DNA from: Alphaproteobacteria bacterium
GTDB lineage: Bacteria > Pseudomonadota > Alphaproteobacteria > UBA828
Length of the DNA: 64,000 bases
NCBI GenBank assembly: GCA_963667785.2
Contig: CAXXMU010000006.1
Span: 128,001-192,000, forward strand
Direction of reading: 5' to 3'
The translations under genes and the position numbers were made by a program. Under the pieces are notes generated by a model. The model was not told the DNA's origin, did no database searches, and saw only the letters and a list, made by a program, of their open reading frames with translations. Positions 58,063 to 64,000 of this stretch are shown one piece after another (positions within the stretch are counted from its first letter, which is position 1; each line of letters opens with the position of its first letter).

Positions 58063-58902
58063 CTAGCGCAGTTGCGCCAGGTGCGGCCGGATCATCGCCT
58101 CGCCGTTGCGCCAGGCGATCTTCTCGGCGAGGTCGGGCGGCAGGTCGCCCAGCCACTCCCGGGTCCACTCGGCGTGCTGGACGACATAGTGCCAGCGCTC
58201 CGGCGTGAAGGTGTCGGTGCCGACCATGACGCGGTCCGGGAAGGCGGCGAACAGACTGCGCCAGTCGTCGTCGACCCGGCCGCCACGGGCGTGCTCGCTG
58301 CGGAAGGCCAGGTCGGTCCAGAGCTTCACGTGCTTCCCGAGCATGGGGCCGACGGTATCGGGACCGACGAAGCCGGCATGGGCCCACAGCACCCGCGCTT
58401 CCGGCCACTGGGAGAAGATCGCGTCGACCGCGCCGGCGTCCGAGTGGGCGTGCAGGAGAAGATTGTGCTGCCGCGCCAGCTCGATCATGCGCCGCGGCAC
58501 GGCCTTGTCGGTCTGCTCGGCGAAGAGGTGGAATTCGCCGACCGCGACCCACCTGAAGCGCTCCAGACGGTCCTCGAGGAAGTCGATCACCGACGGATCC
58601 TCGACCCAGCGGCCGATCTCGCCGCGCCGGCGGTAGGGGCGCAGGCTGGGCAGGACGAGGCCCGGCGCCGCGGCGTAGAGCGCGCGGGTGCCGGCGTCGC
58701 CCGAGCTCGACACCAGCGCCCGCTTCAGCCCCGCCTGCTCCAGAATGGCGACGGCGTCGCCGGCGGATAGCTGCTCGGCGGCGTCGTGGCTGAAATGGAT
58801 ATGAGCGTCGAAGATCGGCATCGGCGCGCCGGCGGCGCGGACCGCCGAGGGCAGCAGCGCCGCTGCGGCCGAGGTTGCGAGAAAGCGACGGCGCGAGAGT
58901 AT
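58063..58902 (-). CDS. Tat-exported amidohydrolase-fold protein (apparent ATA start)
   Basis: 'IFDAHIH', 'GEFH', 'HAHSD', 'WAHAG', 'GTDT'. The in-frame leader ILSRRRFLATSAAAALLPSAVRA upstream of ATG 58821 follows AGGAAGGAG. Confidence 0.8.
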   Translation of the reverse strand: MLSRRRFLATSAAAALLPSAVRAAGAPMPIFDAHIHFSHDAAEQLSAGDAVAILEQAGLKRALVSSSGDAGTRALYAAAPGLVLPSLRPYRRRGEIGRWVEDPSVIDFLEDRLERFRWVAVGEFHLFAEQTDKAVPRRMIELARQHNLLLHAHSDAGAVDAIFSQWPEARVLWAHAGFVGPDTVGPMLGKHVKLWTDLAFRSEHARGGRVDDDWRSLFAAFPDRVMVGTDTFTPERWHYVVQHAEWTREWLGDLPPDLAEKIAWRNGEAMIRPHLAQLR

Positions 58903-59108
58903 GGCAGGGCTCCTTCCTGCTGGCGCCCGCGAATCCTGTCACTCCCGCCGGCCGCATGGCAAGCCCGCAGGCCGCTTTACCGTACGGTCATTCATTCTCC
59001 AGGGGTATGATCGCTCTGGACGTGATGGTTGTCCGGGACGTGCCGGCCCGATCGTCGGGTCGTGCGACGCAATCCTCCCGGCGACCCTTGAGGGATCGGA
59101 GGCGCACC

Positions 59109-59477
59109 ATGGTGAGGCTCTTGTTCGTCGCGGTCCTGGCCCTGGGACTCACGGCTCCGGCGGTCGGGACTCTGGCCCATCACGGCTGGTCGTGGACGAC
59201 CGGCGGCAATATCGATCTGACCGGCATCATCAAGACCGTCCGCCTGGGCAATCCCCACGGTATCCTGACGATCGACGTGGAGGGCGAGGAGTGGAGGGCC
59301 GAGGTCGGTCAGCCCTGGCGCAACGAACGCGCCGGCCTCGAGGACGGCGATCTGGCCGCAGGGGTCGAGATCCGGGTGATCGGCGAGCCCGCCGCCGATC
59401 TGTCGGAGAGACGGGTGAAGGTGGAACGGCTGTTCCTGGGCAAACGGGAGTACATCCTCTACCCCGGGCGCGACTGA
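59109..59477 (+). CDS. DUF6152-like secreted OB-fold protein
   Basis: Signal peptide ending LA-HHGWS; 'GNPHG'; RBS GGAGG. Confidence 0.75.
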   Translation: MVRLLFVAVLALGLTAPAVGTLAHHGWSWTTGGNIDLTGIIKTVRLGNPHGILTIDVEGEEWRAEVGQPWRNERAGLEDGDLAAGVEIRVIGEPAADLSERRVKVERLFLGKREYILYPGRD

Positions 59478-59481
59478 GACC

Positions 59482-59952
59482 TTGGAGGCCCTGCTCGCAG
59501 CATTCGAGGGGACCGCCCTGGCGCAAGCGCTGCGGGCCTCCCGCTGGGGCTATGCCGCTCTCAACGCCGCGCACATCTTCGCGATCGCCCTGCTGATCGG
59601 CTCCGTCGTCCCGCTCAATCTGCGGCTTCTCGGCGTGTGGCGCGGCATCTCGCGCGAGGCGGTGGTGCGGGTGCTCGCGCCCGTTGCGGCGAGCGGGCTG
59701 GCCTTGGCCCTGCTCACGGGACCGCTGCTGTTCTCGGTCCGGGCGCAGGAATACAGTGGCGTCGGGTTCCTGCAGCTCAAGCTGGCCTTCATCGCGGCCG
59801 GAGTCCTGTCCACGCTCGCCCTGTGCTGGAGCCACGGGTTCCTGCTCAGGGACGCCCCGCGCGCCCGCTTGGTCGGTCACGCCATCCTGTCCCTGGTTTG
59901 CTGGCCGGGAGCGCTCGTCTGTGGGCGACTGATCGCGTTCGCGGGCGATTGA
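59482..59952 (+). CDS. DUF2214/DUF6644-like four-TM membrane protein
   Basis: 'NAAHIFAIALLIG', 'LRLLG', 'LTGPLLF', 'CGRLIAF'. TTG start. Confidence 0.75.
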   Translation: MEALLAAFEGTALAQALRASRWGYAALNAAHIFAIALLIGSVVPLNLRLLGVWRGISREAVVRVLAPVAASGLALALLTGPLLFSVRAQEYSGVGFLQLKLAFIAAGVLSTLALCWSHGFLLRDAPRARLVGHAILSLVCWPGALVCGRLIAFAGD

Positions 59953-59969
59953 GGCGCAGGCGGCGCCCG

Positions 59970-61181
59970 CTACTCCCGGCTCTCCCTGATCCAGCCGTTC
60001 TCGAACACCGGGCCGTCGCAGCCGCAGAAGCGGGCGATGCGGGCGAGTTCGCGCCCGATGCGCTCCAGCCGGCCCTTGCCGAGGCGCACGCCCCGCTCGG
60101 GCCAGAGCGCCCGCACGCAGAGCCGACCCTCCCGGCGGCGCATGTCGATACGCCCTACCAGCCGGTCGCCCTCCAGCAGTGGGAAGACGTAGTAGCCGTA
60201 TTCGCGCTTCTCCTCCGGCACGTAGATCTCGATGCGATAGCGGAAGCCGAACAGCCATTCGGCGCGCCTGCGGTCGCGCAGCAGCGGGTCGAAAGGGCTG
60301 AGCACGCGCACCCCGGCGGGCGGCTCCGGCAACCCTTCGGCCTGCTCGCCTAAGCCGGGACGTGCGAACAGGCGGCGGACCTCGCCGGGCCGCGCACCCT
60401 CCACCGCCGCCTCGACCAGCTCGCCGGCGTCGCGGGCGGCACACCAGGACCGCGCTTCGTCCGGAGTAGCCGTGTCCCAGAAGGCCGCGATCTCCCGTGC
60501 GGAGGCGAAGCCGAGCCGGTCGAGAGCGCCCGCGCAGGCCCAGTCCAGCGTTTCCCGCTCGTCCGGCAGGGCGGCGCGGACGGGAGCCGGGATCACGCGC
60601 TCGGCCAGGTCGAAGACCTTCTGGAAGCCCTCGCGCCGGTCGATGGCGAGCGCGCCGGTGCGCCAGAGGAATTCCAGCGCCGTCTTCGACGGATGCCAGT
60701 CCCACCAGGCGGACGCGTCGCGCCGCCGGCCGCCGCCGAGCTCGCGCGCCATGACGGGCCCGCCCTCGCGGATGCGCTCCAGCACCTCGTCGAAGCGCTC
60801 CTCGAACCCTGCCCTGCGCCACTTTCGCCAGCGCGCGCGCAGCATGTCGGCGTCGCGGCGGAACCGCAGCCGCCAGTAGGGATAGAACGACACGGGGATG
60901 ACCGAGGCGTCGTGGGTCCAGTGCTCGAACAGCGTGCGCCGCCGTTCCAGCAGGTCGGCGAGCTGTCGCGGCCGGTAGCGTCTGCGCCGGGCGGCCAGGA
61001 TCATGTGGTGGGCGCGCTCGACCGTCGCGATGCTGTCGACCTGGACGAAGCCGAGCCGCTCGATCAGCCCCGTGAGATCCTCTCCCGGCGGTGGGCGCCC
61101 AAGGCCGTGCCGGTCCAGGAACAGTTTTCTGGCAGCCCGGTTGGAGAGGCGCGGCAATGGCTGGCCCGCACTGCCTCGCAT
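59970..61181 (-). CDS. YcaQ/AlkZ-family (HTH_42) DNA crosslink repair glycosylase
   Basis: 'GFVQVDSI..VERAH', 'FEHWTHDA', 'WWDWHPSK', 'LSPFDP', 'YGYYVFP'. Confidence 0.88.
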   Translation of the reverse strand: MRGSAGQPLPRLSNRAARKLFLDRHGLGRPPPGEDLTGLIERLGFVQVDSIATVERAHHMILAARRRRYRPRQLADLLERRRTLFEHWTHDASVIPVSFYPYWRLRFRRDADMLRARWRKWRRAGFEERFDEVLERIREGGPVMARELGGGRRRDASAWWDWHPSKTALEFLWRTGALAIDRREGFQKVFDLAERVIPAPVRAALPDERETLDWACAGALDRLGFASAREIAAFWDTATPDEARSWCAARDAGELVEAAVEGARPGEVRRLFARPGLGEQAEGLPEPPAGVRVLSPFDPLLRDRRRAEWLFGFRYRIEIYVPEEKREYGYYVFPLLEGDRLVGRIDMRRREGRLCVRALWPERGVRLGKGRLERIGRELARIARFCGCDGPVFENGWIRESRE

Positions 61182-61294
61182 GACGACCTCGCTCCGATCC
61201 CCCAAACCCACGACCGGTCACTGTACTCCCGTCGGCGCAGGGAGTATTCCAGCAGCCGTCCGGCCCACCGCTTTCACGAGGAGGCCGCGCAGCC

Positions 61295-63121
<1,827 letters not shown>

Positions 63122-63193
63122 TCGTCCGACCTGCAATCGGACGAGCGCTGGACGACGGTTTCATCGTACCGCACGACAGAGACGAGCCCTCTC

Positions 63194-64000
63194 ATGCCTG
63201 CACCCGCCATTCGCCCCCGGCGCTCCTTCATCTTCACACCGGGCCTGAGGCCGGAGATGTTTCCGAAGGCGCTCGCGACCGGCGCGGATATCGTCTGCGT
63301 CGAGCTCGAGGACGGGATCGCGCCAAAGGACAAGGCGGCTGCGCGCGCCAATACGATGAAGCTCTTCGAAAGCCCGCAGGCCGATGACGGGGTCGAGCGC
63401 ATCGTCCGCATCAACTCGCTGCGCGAGGGATTCGGCATCGCCGACGTGCAGGCGGTCCTGGCCGCCGTGACGCCCCCGCCGGCGCTGATGATGCCCAAGG
63501 TGCGCACGCCGGACGAGGTGGTGCTGCTCGATAATCTGCTGAGCGAGCGCGGGCACGACACCCGCCTGCACGTGATCATCGAGACCAATGCCGGGCTCGA
63601 GGCGGCCCATGACATCGCCCGTTGCAGCCCGCGCATCGACGCGATGTTCTTCGGCGGCGTCGACATGGCGGCCGAGCTGCGCTGCCGGAACGAGTGGGAG
63701 CCGCTGCTCTACGCTCGCTCGCGCGTCGTCCATGCCGCCGCCGGCGCCGGGCTGGACGTGATCGACGTGCCTTACCTCGATCTCGAGGACCTGGAGGGCA
63801 TGAGGCGCGCCGCGATCCAAGCAAGGGACTTGGGATTCTGCGGCAAGGGCGCGGTGCACCCGAAGCAGATCGCAGCGCTCAACGAGGTGTTCACGCCGTC
63901 GGCCGACGAGATTGCCCGCGCCAGGCGCATCATCGCCGCGTTCGAGGCGGCCGATACGGGGCTGGTCGTGATCGACGGCAAGCTCATCGAGAAGCCTGTT
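63194..64000 (+). CDS. CitE/malyl-CoA lyase-like CoA ester lyase (3' truncated)
   Basis: 'RRSFIFTPG', 'ELEDGIAP', 'VRINS', 'IIETNAG', 'GKGAVHPKQI', 'DGKLIEKP'. Confidence 0.9.
   Translation, partial: MPAPAIRPRRSFIFTPGLRPEMFPKALATGADIVCVELEDGIAPKDKAAARANTMKLFESPQADDGVERIVRINSLREGFGIADVQAVLAAVTPPPALMMPKVRTPDEVVLLDNLLSERGHDTRLHVIIETNAGLEAAHDIARCSPRIDAMFFGGVDMAAELRCRNEWEPLLYARSRVVHAAAGAGLDVIDVPYLDLEDLEGMRRAAIQARDLGFCGKGAVHPKQIAALNEVFTPSADEIARARRIIAAFEAADTGLVVIDGKLIEKPV

Noticed and set aside
56423-58957. 844-aa ORF implying a long peroxidase fusion
   Set aside because: The upstream part is off-frame over two real genes. The peroxidase has its own signal peptide from 57649.

Overview
Very GC-rich (about 70% by eye) chromosomal window. 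Gene order (ybjN-proC, envZ-ompR-marR/ilvE, uvrC-pgsA-mobB-moeA-moaD-moaE) and repeat types point to an Alphaproteobacterium. I saw no rRNA, tRNA, CRISPR array, prophage or transposase. The left 35 kb is accessory and catabolic. It holds a sugar ABC operon with an ADH and a ThDP enzyme, a LarA-like protein, a Rieske oxygenase and NicX-like dioxygenase with a TorT-like ABC importer and amidohydrolase, and a TgnB-like flavin monooxygenase with a hydrolase. It also holds a Fur-box-controlled trio (hypothetical, DUF4856, di-iron desaturase-like), a CP-ATP-grasp/alpha-E/transglutaminase operon, and a PotABCD-like importer followed by a three-subunit, thiocyanate-hydrolase-like Co nitrile hydratase and an amidohydrolase. 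The right half is mostly housekeeping plus a LIV ABC transporter, a Tat amidohydrolase/YtkA-like/di-haem peroxidase operon, a YcaQ-like glycosylase and a divergent typA. Non-coding highlights are two ~215 bp CTAG-bounded elements that each nest a REP doublet, and a second TA-bounded MITE family sitting on stop codons. Coding oddities are an apparent ATA start codon and a MoaD whose Gly-Gly terminus is masked. All family calls come from motifs I recognised by eye; no searches were run.
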